DNA from: a virus
Virus record (IMG/VR): IMGVR_UViG_3300021197_001931
Location: 64,001-128,000 of that record
Reading direction: 5' to 3' (one strand)
Length of the DNA: 64,000 bases
Shown: positions 19,761 through 28,764 of the stretch, piece after piece
Numbering within the stretch: position 1 is the stretch's first letter
How the letters are laid out: every line of letters starts with the position of its first letter
Position numbers and translations under genes: made by a program
Notes under the pieces: generated by a model
The model's database searches: none
Told to the model about the DNA's origin: nothing
Seen by the model: only the letters and a program-made list of their open reading frames with translations

Positions 19761-20021
19761 ATGACAATTAATGCAAAAGTAACACCAAAGAATAGACATG
19801 AATCTTCAGATAGAATGATTAGAAGATTTATCAAGAAAACAAAAAAGATTAAATTAATGGATGAGTTAAGAGAGCGAAGGTATTACGTAAAGCCCTCTGA
19901 AATAAAAAGGTCAGAAAAAAGAAGAAGAATTGCAGAAAATGCAAAACGAGTGCGTCAAGAAAAAGCTATTTTGCTTGAAGAGTCTAATTATAGTAATAAG
20001 CGTTCCAAAAACAGGAGATAA
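19761..20021 (+). CDS. rpsU: ribosomal protein bS21 homolog
   Basis: ESSDRMIRRFIKK...ELRERRYYVKPSEIKR matches the bS21 pattern. Confidence 0.85.
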   Translation: MTINAKVTPKNRHESSDRMIRRFIKKTKKIKLMDELRERRYYVKPSEIKRSEKRRRIAENAKRVRQEKAILLEESNYSNKRSKNRR

Positions 20022-20023
20022 AA

Positions 20024-20497
20024 ATGGCAAATCCTTCAGACACTATGTCCGTACTGAAAAACTATAGAGTTGGTCTAAATAATGTTGGTTCTTATCAAGT
20101 AGCAGGAAAGCCCTACATTACAGGGTCAGATGCAGGACCAGTCGGTGGTGAAAGTTATTATGCATTTCCATCAGTAACAAACAACATAACAGTTACAAAC
20201 TATTCAGTGTTAGATACAGCACTTCCAAATCAGCGACAATGTGAGGAAATAAGGGTTCATTTTAATTCAACTGGCTCTAGTGCAGTGGTCGCTGGTCACC
20301 ACTATTATATATTATCCGGAACTGTTCAATCAATTGACTTAAACGTAAAGTGTAAAGAAATTTATATTTCGTCTCCTGATGCAGGCTCCCCAAGAAAATA
20401 TAGAATTGCAGCTAGCCTTACACAAATTCCTGTTGAGAGAATGTATGCGTTGACTGGATCTGGTTTAACAACTGATGTCCGTGGCCCGCATAGCTAA
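20024..20497 (+). CDS. hypothetical virion protein
   Basis: Beta-rich 157 aa; SD AGGAG; TCTAATTA at 19983. Confidence 0.55.
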   Translation: MANPSDTMSVLKNYRVGLNNVGSYQVAGKPYITGSDAGPVGGESYYAFPSVTNNITVTNYSVLDTALPNQRQCEEIRVHFNSTGSSAVVAGHHYYILSGTVQSIDLNVKCKEIYISSPDAGSPRKYRIAASLTQIPVERMYALTGSGLTTDVRGPHS

Positions 20498-20511
20498 TTT
20501 AGGAGTAACTA

Positions 20512-22605
20512 ATGCCAGATTATGGATGGGCATATATAAACTTAGATGTTCTAAAAACTATTCAAGGGCCGTCTGAGGTAACTGGCACAATTGCCATTAT
20601 AATAGATGATACGACCTTTTCTGGTTCTCAGTTCCTGGCCTATGCAACGGCTTCTAATAAAGTTGGCATTGGTTTAGATTTCCCAACTGTTGTGCCAACT
20701 CACCAGTTACATGTTTCTGCTAGTGCTGGTGAAGAAGTCGCAGCTAACTTCACGGGCGACATCCTCGTTTCAGGGTCTGCTTTTATTTCTGGCACCCTAA
20801 GAGTAGAAAATATCCAAGCGAAAACTGTAATTTCTTCTAGCCATTTGCTGGTCAGGGATCCAGTTATAGGGCTTGGATTTGGTGATGGGTCTAATCAAAC
20901 TGGATCGGTTGGCGATCGAGGCATCATTTTTGGATTAGCAGGCAATTTAAACCAAGCGATTATTTGGGACCAAAGTTCTGGTAGTTTTATTGTGGGTAAA
21001 GTCGGTTCTCAGGGCCCAGACAGTGACTCATACACAATGGCTGACGCGGATTTGTCAACCTTTAAAGTCGGCGTATTAACAGCATCCGCAGGTCTTGTCA
21101 CAAACACGGTATCAGCATCTCACAATGTAAGTATTGTTGGAAATGTTGCTACAGAGGGCACGTTAAGCGTATCTGGATCAACAGTTTTGGGTCACGCTAG
21201 TTCAAATAACACAACCATAACTGGGCAAACTATAAATATACCCAATGTGGCAGCTGGAACTGATAATACTGTAGTTATCTACAATGGAAGTACACTTCTC
21301 ACTGACGAAATAGATTCAAAAGTTTGGGACGGTAACTTAATAGATGTTACAGGAACTCCGTCAGATAATCAAGTGGTAACTTTTGCAGACGCTGACACAG
21401 TACAGGGAGAATCAAATCTAACGTTTGATGGTTCTACTTTAACAGTTGGTAATGATATTTCGGTCGCTGGAAAATTAGTACATACGGGAGATACAGACAC
21501 CCATGTAAAATTTGATGCTGATAAGATAGAGCTTATTGCCGGAAATGAAACACTATTAACGTTAACAGAAGATTCTCAAGACATAGTAATCGTGGGCGAC
21601 GGCGGTGATGTAGACTTCCAAGTAAAAACAAGCGGAAACAACAATACCATTTTTGCACAAGGAAGCACAGATAGAGTTGGATTAGGCACAAGTTCACCAA
21701 ATGCAGTGCTAGAAATAAGCAGATCTGTTGGAATGGCCAAGCCAATGTTCCAAGTAGTCCATGGAGGCACACATAATAATATTTCTGATGGTAAGCCCCT
21801 TATTATCGTGACTGGTTCTACCCCCGATGGATTTACTGGGGTTGTTGGAATTAATACCGAGAACCCCAAGGGGGTCTTGCATGTGGCTGGTGCAGGAAAG
21901 ACGGCGTTGATAGCTAACGCTGAAGGGAAGGTCATAATAGGAAAAGATACCAGCACAATAGGGTCGACCTTTGAAGTGCAATCAGACCTAAATACCGATG
22001 CTATAGCTAAGTTTGTTAATACACAAAATGTAACTGGTGATGAGGGCCCATTTGTAATCTTCCATATTTCCGGTTCTTCTGATGGTGGAGGACACTTTGG
22101 AAGCCACCACTCTGGTAGTAACATGCACCTATCAGGGACCTCTTTCCTTACGGCTGTGACTGCTTCGGTAGGGTTTAGCGGGTCTATTGGTAACTTTGGA
22201 ACTCTCAACATTAATAGCGTTGCGATTACTCAGGGAACTGTCGACGGGACTACAATCGGCGGAACAACCCCAGGTGTGGTCAATCAGACTGCTGGAACTG
22301 TTAAATATCGTTCTAAAGACAATGGAGACAGCCCATATAGCGTTGTTGCAAGCGATTATATAATTGGCGTTGACACAAGTGGTGGCGCAGTGCAAATAAA
22401 CCTACAGGCCGCTAGTTCCGCTGGCACTGGAAGAATGTTAATAATTAAGGATATTAAAGGAACTGCTGGAGCAAACAACATCACAATCGAGCCGAACGGT
22501 TCTGAGTTTATTGACAGGCAGGCTAATTTAATTATAGCTGCTAACTCTGGATCTGTCATGCTATTCTGTGATGGATCTGAGTATTTTATTGCAGGAACAA
22601 GATAA
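20512..22605 (+). CDS. fibre-like protein
   Basis: G/S/T-rich with VGIG-type fibre repeats; C-terminal VDTSGGAV...IIKD...NNITI...ID domain. Confidence 0.7.
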   Translation: MPDYGWAYINLDVLKTIQGPSEVTGTIAIIIDDTTFSGSQFLAYATASNKVGIGLDFPTVVPTHQLHVSASAGEEVAANFTGDILVSGSAFISGTLRVENIQAKTVISSSHLLVRDPVIGLGFGDGSNQTGSVGDRGIIFGLAGNLNQAIIWDQSSGSFIVGKVGSQGPDSDSYTMADADLSTFKVGVLTASAGLVTNTVSASHNVSIVGNVATEGTLSVSGSTVLGHASSNNTTITGQTINIPNVAAGTDNTVVIYNGSTLLTDEIDSKVWDGNLIDVTGTPSDNQVVTFADADTVQGESNLTFDGSTLTVGNDISVAGKLVHTGDTDTHVKFDADKIELIAGNETLLTLTEDSQDIVIVGDGGDVDFQVKTSGNNNTIFAQGSTDRVGLGTSSPNAVLEISRSVGMAKPMFQVVHGGTHNNISDGKPLIIVTGSTPDGFTGVVGINTENPKGVLHVAGAGKTALIANAEGKVIIGKDTSTIGSTFEVQSDLNTDAIAKFVNTQNVTGDEGPFVIFHISGSSDGGGHFGSHHSGSNMHLSGTSFLTAVTASVGFSGSIGNFGTLNINSVAITQGTVDGTTIGGTTPGVVNQTAGTVKYRSKDNGDSPYSVVASDYIIGVDTSGGAVQINLQAASSAGTGRMLIIKDIKGTAGANNITIEPNGSEFIDRQANLIIAANSGSVMLFCDGSEYFIAGTR

Positions 22606-23456
22606 TGACAATACTGACTGGCTCATTGACCAGTCTGACGCTAAGCGGCAGTAGTCTGGTACAAAGAAAAAATACTGGTGCTGAGGTCCTCATGGATCTT
22701 GATTTTACCAAACTTCCAAATCAAAGTTTGACTGATGATGCAACTAATAGTATTGGAGGATTTCCATTTTATATAGATAAAGTAAGTTCGCCTGAATGGG
22801 TGAATATTGTCAATGGTACCGGATTAGCTTTCCGTGGAACACAAAATAAGCTTTTAAGAGTTTTTTTAGATCTAACTGGAACGTTTCCACAAATAGACAC
22901 AACAGATAGAATAAGAGTGGTAGCTCAATATTTTGTTACTACATTTGGTGGCGTTGGTGGCCCGGGGAATACGATATACGCTGGGCTTTCTAATGGGTAT
23001 GTCGCTGCTGACGAGGGGACACAAACATACGATTCTTATGTGTTTTCTTATGCTGAGCGAAACAACTCTGTTGTATCGGATAAATTTATTTTCGGTGCAA
23101 TACACTCAATGGGAGGCGGTACTGCTGTGAATACTCACAACGTAGTAAGCCCAGCTAGCGCAGCGCCTACTATAGTAAGATTAGAATTAGACGGAGTTCA
23201 AGATAATTGGTATACAGCCGGTGATTTTAATATATCTTCTTCTAATGGTTTGACAGATTTCCCAACCCCCGGTGGTATAACTTATAGAACTAGACAACGA
23301 ATGCAGACTAACACAAGTATGCCAAGGCTAACAAACGATTATGTGGCCCCATTTACAGGCAGCTTCCACGTATGGCTGCAATTCTCTCCTAATATTTCAG
23401 AGATGTCAGCTTCGATACAGAGGCTAAGCATATTTAGATATGGAGTGGACCAATGA
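22605..23456 (+). CDS. beta-rich putative receptor-binding protein, paralog A
   Basis: Aligns by eye with 23634..24500. Confidence 0.55.
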   Translation: MTILTGSLTSLTLSGSSLVQRKNTGAEVLMDLDFTKLPNQSLTDDATNSIGGFPFYIDKVSSPEWVNIVNGTGLAFRGTQNKLLRVFLDLTGTFPQIDTTDRIRVVAQYFVTTFGGVGGPGNTIYAGLSNGYVAADEGTQTYDSYVFSYAERNNSVVSDKFIFGAIHSMGGGTAVNTHNVVSPASAAPTIVRLELDGVQDNWYTAGDFNISSSNGLTDFPTPGGITYRTRQRMQTNTSMPRLTNDYVAPFTGSFHVWLQFSPNISEMSASIQRLSIFRYGVDQ

Positions 23457-23632
23457 AAACAGCCAACATAAGAATACAAAAGATTTGTGAATCTTTAAAT
23501 TCTGCTTTATCTGATGCGGCGTTTTTTCAAATTATAATTTCGTTGCAAGAATTTGACAATATTACCACCGATAACGCACGTATTGCTTTAGTTGATCAGA
23601 TTATTGCTGCCGTAAACGAGGCAAGAGGATAA
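23453..23632 (+). CDS. uncalled 59-aa helical protein, paralog of 24500..24682
   Basis: ATG overlaps the upstream TGA; IIISLQEFDNITTDNARIALVDQIIAAVNEARG. Confidence 0.75.
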   Translation: MKTANIRIQKICESLNSALSDAAFFQIIISLQEFDNITTDNARIALVDQIIAAVNEARG

Positions 23633-23633
23633 A

Positions 23634-24500
23634 ATGAGTTTTTCAATTACGGGCAGTAGTTTGGTATTAGGAGATGATAAAGGTGCTTCTGAGGTTGTAT
23701 TTGATTTAAATTTTAGAGAAATGGTGAACCAATCTTTATCTGCTGGTGTTAATACCCTAAGCGATGGAACAAAAATATTTGTAACCCTAGTTGATAGTCC
23801 CCCTTGGGCATCTATTGTTAATGGACAGGGCCTAAGCGCTCGATGTCTCACAAATGACCAAGTAATAGTTTCGTTGGATTTAACTGGAGCCATAAACGCT
23901 GGGAAAACCGCCACTGACCCTGGTCGGTTTAACCCAAGAGATAGATTAAGAATGATAGCAGAAATTAGTGGTACCACGATTTCTGGTGCTGGGGCCAACG
24001 GAGATGGTTTTTACTCAACAATTGGAAATGGGATAACAACAGAAGTAGGAACTGGAGATTTTTCTGGAACGCCTATTTCCACCGAGGGGGTGTTTGCAGC
24101 CATTCACGTAGATTCAAACAATGGTAATAAACTAACACCTAGAATTTGGTCTAGAATAGGCGGCACATATGCCGAAAAGGACTATACTGGAGTTGACGAG
24201 AGGGTCGTCACACCCGGAGTTACGCATGTGGTGTTAGAAACAGATATTTTTGAAGGATCTTGTTGGACAAGATATAAGACTGGCTCAACCTCACTAGACC
24301 CACATGTTGGCGGATTACCAGTCCCTACAGAGCTAACAACTTATGGTAGAGCAAGACTTCTCGCTAGTGGCGGAGTAGTTGTGGACAATAGCCCTTTTAC
24401 CGGATCTGTTATAGGAAATCTTACCTTTTGGGCACCGGTTACCGAGGTATCTGCTTCCTTAACAAGATTGACATTACTAAGATATGGAAATATTAAATAA
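23634..24500 (+). CDS. beta-rich putative receptor-binding protein, paralog B
   Basis: Shares D-L-x-F, NQSL, SPxW, IVNGxGL, LDLTG, PFTGS and RYG blocks with paralog A. Confidence 0.55.
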   Translation: MSFSITGSSLVLGDDKGASEVVFDLNFREMVNQSLSAGVNTLSDGTKIFVTLVDSPPWASIVNGQGLSARCLTNDQVIVSLDLTGAINAGKTATDPGRFNPRDRLRMIAEISGTTISGAGANGDGFYSTIGNGITTEVGTGDFSGTPISTEGVFAAIHVDSNNGNKLTPRIWSRIGGTYAEKDYTGVDERVVTPGVTHVVLETDIFEGSCWTRYKTGSTSLDPHVGGLPVPTELTTYGRARLLASGGVVVDNSPFTGSVIGNLTFWAPVTEVSASLTRLTLLRYGNIK

Positions 24501-24682
24501 TGAATATTATAGATACAAGTATTGTAAATAAATATACAAGCATGGCTGGACTCCCTACAGAGACCGTAGAGCAAGAAATCAATATTACTCTTGAAGAATT
24601 AGACAATATCGCCACTGATGAACAGAAACTTGCCTTATGGCAACAAATTTCTGATGCAATTACTGCTGCACGCGGTAGTTAG
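24500..24682 (+). CDS. 60-aa helical protein, possible assembly chaperone
   Basis: INITLEELDNIATDEQKLALWQQISDAITAARG. Confidence 0.7.
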   Translation: MNIIDTSIVNKYTSMAGLPTETVEQEINITLEELDNIATDEQKLALWQQISDAITAARGS

Positions 24683-24686
24683 TATT

Positions 24687-25166
24687 ATGGGACGTGGAAG
24701 TAGAAGCAGATTTAAATACTACATGCCAGAAATACCTGTTGAGCAATTTGATATTTATGGTATCACCATGCCCGCTGCTGGGCCCTTTGCTGAAAAGTTT
24801 GAGTATATTCCCCCAACTGTTGATGACAATCTGCTAACAGAAGCAGAATTTGAAGATAAATTTAAAGTTGATGAAGCTTCAAAGCTTCAATCATATTCAG
24901 CTGATATAACTTTGGTTCCAACAGAACACTTTGTAGGCGTGGACACCAATGCTTCAGCTATTACGATTACGCTACCAACAGCAGCAAGTATCAGCTCAGG
25001 AAAACAGTTAGTTATAAAGGACGAAGGCGGTTCTGCTGGTACAAATAGTATTACTATTACCACATATGATGGATCCTTAATAGATGGAGAAACATCAGTA
25101 AAACTAGAATCTGATTATGCTGCCATAAACATTTACTATAACGGTAGTGGTTGGCACATCTATTAA
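24687..25166 (+). CDS. short protein carrying the shared C-terminal fibre domain
   Basis: VGVDTNASAITITLP...VIKDEGG...NSITI...IDG; ATG at 24687 preferred over 24618 because it follows the upstream stop. Confidence 0.65.
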   Translation: MGRGSRSRFKYYMPEIPVEQFDIYGITMPAAGPFAEKFEYIPPTVDDNLLTEAEFEDKFKVDEASKLQSYSADITLVPTEHFVGVDTNASAITITLPTAASISSGKQLVIKDEGGSAGTNSITITTYDGSLIDGETSVKLESDYAAINIYYNGSGWHIY

Positions 25167-25226
25167 CATAAATTTAACAAAAATATTTAAATAGATTCTC
25201 TAAAACCGCGTCTATATACCATTGCC

Positions 25227-25255
25227 AGGTCTAGGGGAAACCTTAGACCTTTTTT
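25227..25255 (+). terminator. GNRA hairpin with U-tract (terminator or 5' stabiliser)
   Basis: AGGTCTAGGG-GAAA-CCTTAGACCT-TTTTT. Confidence 0.6.
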
Positions 25256-25278
25256 GAACTCATAGGAGGGTTTTTTTA

Positions 25279-27489
25279 ATGGCTTATAAAACAATTATCG
25301 GTACTCTTAAGACTGCCGGTACTCTTGATGTCTCCGCTGGTGACATTGATCTCGCAGCAGGTTCTGTCGACAACGCAGACCTCGCTGGCTCTATTGCTAA
25401 CTCCAAGCTAGCAAATTCCGCCGTCACAGTTACTGCTGGTGACGGACTCTCAGGTGGTGGTTCCGTTTCTCTCGGTTCTTCCGTCTCAGTTGCTGTTGAC
25501 CTTAACGAACTAACTGCTGCTACGGTTGACGTTGCCAATGACAGTCTTGCCCTAATTGATGCCACTGATAATGGCTCCAAGAAAGAGAGCATTGCTGATC
25601 TTATGACTGCCGTCGCTGGTGATGGCCTCAAAGCCGCCTCTGGTGTGCTAGCCATGGATCTTAATGAACTAAGTGCCGCTGCAGTCGCAGTTAGTGCTGA
25701 CAGCATCGCCATTATCGATGCCACTGACAACAGCTCTAAAAAAGAGAGCATCGCTGATCTCGTCACCGCCATGGCTGGTGATGGTCTCGCTGCTTCTTCT
25801 GGCGTCCTCGCCGTTGGCGTTGACGACAGCACTGTTGAGCTAAACTCCGATGCTCTTCGTGTTAAGGCTGCTGGTATTAACGTGTCTCACCTCAACTCCG
25901 CAGTTGCCGGTAACGGACTTTCTGGTGGAGCTGGTTCTGCTCTTGCTGTTGCGGTAAGTGGCGCTGTTCACGTTACCTCCGATAAGGTTGCACTTAGTGG
26001 CGCTATTGCTGGTGCGGGCCTCAAATGGCTTGGCGATGTTGATATCATCACCGGACTTGAGCTTGACCTCTCTGAGTATAGCCGCGTCGATGTTGCCGCT
26101 GGTGACCACTTCCTCATGCTTGACTCAGACGGCTCCAGCGTTCAGCTAGAGCGTTTTGACAAGCTTGCCAACGCCATGGCTGGTGACGGTCTGGAAGATT
26201 CTAGTGGCGTCCTTGCTGTCAAGGTTGACGACACTGGTATTGAAATTGACTCTGATACTGTACGTCTCAAGGACAACGGTGTCACCCTAGCCAAGATGGC
26301 TGGTCTCGCACGAGGCAAGTTCATCTATGGTGACGCTTCTGGTGACCCCGCAGCCCTATCTGTTGGTTCTGCTCACCAGTTCCTCCAAGCTGACGGCACC
26401 GACCTCGCTTGGGTCTCAATGAGTGGTGACGTCACCCTTGCCGCTGGTGTTGCCTCAATCGGTGCCACCAAGGTTACTGACGCAATGATGAACGACGACG
26501 TTGCTACCGGTCTTGCTGGCAATGGTCTTTCCGCTGCCTCTGGTGTCCTCGCCCTCGACCTCAATGAGCTAAGTGCTGCTGCGGTTGATCGTGCGAACGA
26601 CTCCATCGTTATCATTGATGCAACTGACAACAGCTCCAAGAAGGAGAGCATTGCCGACCTCGCCTCAGCTTTCGCTGATGGTGACGGCATTGAAGCTGCC
26701 GATGGTAAGCTTAGCGTCAAGGTCGACGATAGCTCTGTTGAAATCAACTCTGACGCTCTTCGCGTCAAGGCTTCTGGTATCACCAACGCAATGCTCGCTG
26801 GTTCCATCGCGAACGCCAAGCTTTCCAACAGTGCCGTCACTGTTGGTAGCACGAGCCTTTCACTCGGTGGTAGCGCAACTGCTTTCTCCGGTCTAACCGG
26901 TCTTGATTTCACCGCTGCTGACGCCAGTATTGCTGCTAGTCTCGGTGCAAACACCCTAACCATCGGTGGTGGTTCTTCACACGTCAAAATTGCCGGTGAC
27001 CTTCAGGTCGTTGGTACACTTGAGACTGTTAGTGCCACAGATCTTAGGGTTGAGGACCTAACCATTGAGGTTGCCAGAGGTGCTGCCAACTCTTCAGCTG
27101 CCGATGGCGCCGGTCTAAAGATTGATGGCGCTGACAAGTCCTTGACTTGGAGCGACAGCGACTCAGCGTTCAAGTTTGATGCTGACCTCTATGCAGCTGC
27201 TGGCCTAACTGGTCGCCTACACGCTATCAGCTCTGACGCTACCCTAACCCAAGGACACTTCTTGGTCAAGGTCTCCACCTCTGGTGGTGCCGTCGCAGTG
27301 ACGCTGCCCAGCAGCATGCCTACTGGTAAGGTCTTCGTGATCAAGGACGACGGTTCTGCCGCATCCAACGCGATTACGATTAATACCGCCGGATCAGAGA
27401 CCATTGATGGTGCCGCAAGCATCCAGATCATCTCTGCCTACGGTGCTGCTAACCTTATGTTTGATGGCAGCAACTACCTAGTCTGGTAA
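25279..27489 (+). CDS. repeat-rich fibre protein, likely abundant in the virion
   Basis: Three copies of DLNELxAAxV...IDATDNxSKKESIADL, many AGDGL units, shared C-terminal domain, strong codon bias. Confidence 0.75.
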   Translation: MAYKTIIGTLKTAGTLDVSAGDIDLAAGSVDNADLAGSIANSKLANSAVTVTAGDGLSGGGSVSLGSSVSVAVDLNELTAATVDVANDSLALIDATDNGSKKESIADLMTAVAGDGLKAASGVLAMDLNELSAAAVAVSADSIAIIDATDNSSKKESIADLVTAMAGDGLAASSGVLAVGVDDSTVELNSDALRVKAAGINVSHLNSAVAGNGLSGGAGSALAVAVSGAVHVTSDKVALSGAIAGAGLKWLGDVDIITGLELDLSEYSRVDVAAGDHFLMLDSDGSSVQLERFDKLANAMAGDGLEDSSGVLAVKVDDTGIEIDSDTVRLKDNGVTLAKMAGLARGKFIYGDASGDPAALSVGSAHQFLQADGTDLAWVSMSGDVTLAAGVASIGATKVTDAMMNDDVATGLAGNGLSAASGVLALDLNELSAAAVDRANDSIVIIDATDNSSKKESIADLASAFADGDGIEAADGKLSVKVDDSSVEINSDALRVKASGITNAMLAGSIANAKLSNSAVTVGSTSLSLGGSATAFSGLTGLDFTAADASIAASLGANTLTIGGGSSHVKIAGDLQVVGTLETVSATDLRVEDLTIEVARGAANSSAADGAGLKIDGADKSLTWSDSDSAFKFDADLYAAAGLTGRLHAISSDATLTQGHFLVKVSTSGGAVAVTLPSSMPTGKVFVIKDDGSAASNAITINTAGSETIDGAASIQIISAYGAANLMFDGSNYLVW

Positions 27490-27510
27490 ATTAAGCTATC
27501 ACTTAGCTTG

Positions 27511-27544
27511 GAGGGGCGTCCATTTGGGCGCCCTTCTTTTTTTT
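27511..27544 (+). terminator. rho-independent terminator
   Basis: GAGGGGCGTCC-ATTT-GGGCGCCCTTC followed by T8. Confidence 0.85.
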
Positions 27545-27563
27545 GACTTTAAAGGCCTAAAGC

Positions 27564-27571
27564 ACTATTTA
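27564..27571 (+). promoter_or_regulatory. putative late promoter ACTATTTA for scaffold-capsid operon
   Basis: Exact motif just after the terminator. Confidence 0.7.
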
Positions 27572-27622
27572 CCTTTGATACAAATACATTTTGTTCACTA
27601 TTGATTCATTAGGAGATTATAA

Positions 27623-28741
27623 ATGTCATCAATGCTGGAGAAAGCTATCGTCGATGCAACAGCATTACGAGAGGCGGCACTTAAGAACGCAGAGGCTTCT
27701 ATTATAGAGAAGTACGCCCCAGAAATCAAGAACGCAGTTGAAACTCTTCTTGAGCAAGAACTTGGTGCTGATATTGGCATGGACGACATGCAACAAGAGG
27801 CAGAGGTGTCTGAGGATGAGGGCGACGAAGTTGACGTCCCTGCTGCCTTTTTGGAAGGTCTAGGCGGAAATCCCAAAGATGGAGAAGACGTTGAGCTAGA
27901 GCTTACACTAGAGGCCCTTACAGAGATGGCTAAAGAACTCACAACAGAAGAAGAAGATGAAACCCTAGAGGAAGGCGAAGAAGAAGTCCTTGAAGAGGAC
28001 GAGGAAACTCTAGAGGAAGAAGACGGGATGACTAGCGTCAAGGCTGGTGCGGATGACAATCCAGAAGAGACAAAAATGGATCACCTACCACCGGATGTTT
28101 TGAAAAATATTGCCAACAAAAAAGGCGTGAAGAAGGAATCCACTGAATCTGATGATGTCATTCTTGATCTTGACGAAGATGACATTGCAAAACTGGTCGA
28201 AGAACTCGTTGTTGATATCACACCTCAAAAGAGCGGATGGGCTGGCACACCAGAATCCGAGATGCAGTATAACATTGAGCTAGAACTAGCTAGCAGAGCT
28301 GCAACTGAGGCCCGTGAAGAGAACGAGGCATTAAAGAAAGCCATCGAAGAGCTTTCTGAATCCAAAGAACGTCTTGAGGGATCTAATAAATCCCTTAAGG
28401 AGGCAGTTTTGAAAATGAAAGACTTATTTGACGAGGTAAGTGTTTCAAACGCAAAACTATTATATACGAATCGTATTTTGAGTAGCCCCTCCTTGAATGA
28501 GCGACAAAAAGAGAACATTGTCGAAGCTATCTCCAAAGCCGGTTCGGTAAATGAAGCGAAGGTCATATATGATACACTTCAAAGCACAGGGGGCACAACT
28601 TCCAAGAAGTCAATGCCAAAATCCCTAAGCGAAGCAATTCAAAGATCTTCATCTACTGTTCTTCCCAGGCGTAAGTCTGAAAGAACTACCGATACTGCTA
28701 TTGACAGATTGCAAATTCTTGCAGGTATTAAACATAAATAA
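27623..28741 (+). CDS. prohead scaffolding/core protein (gp22-like)
   Basis: Acidic coiled coil directly before the major capsid gene; ends RLQILAGI. Confidence 0.8.
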   Translation: MSSMLEKAIVDATALREAALKNAEASIIEKYAPEIKNAVETLLEQELGADIGMDDMQQEAEVSEDEGDEVDVPAAFLEGLGGNPKDGEDVELELTLEALTEMAKELTTEEEDETLEEGEEEVLEEDEETLEEEDGMTSVKAGADDNPEETKMDHLPPDVLKNIANKKGVKKESTESDDVILDLDEDDIAKLVEELVVDITPQKSGWAGTPESEMQYNIELELASRAATEAREENEALKKAIEELSESKERLEGSNKSLKEAVLKMKDLFDEVSVSNAKLLYTNRILSSPSLNERQKENIVEAISKAGSVNEAKVIYDTLQSTGGTTSKKSMPKSLSEAIQRSSSTVLPRRKSERTTDTAIDRLQILAGIKHK

Positions 28742-28764
28742 ATTAATAAGGAGGTGATACTTTT

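Noticed and set aside
22605-24500. Diversity-generating retroelement (TR/VR) between the paralogous fibre genes
   Set aside because: Differences are spread over all bases rather than adenine-specific, and no reverse transcriptase is present in the window.
25490-26670. CRISPR-like repeats
   Set aside because: Repeats are degenerate at third codon positions, in frame and irregularly spaced: protein repeats. No cas genes.
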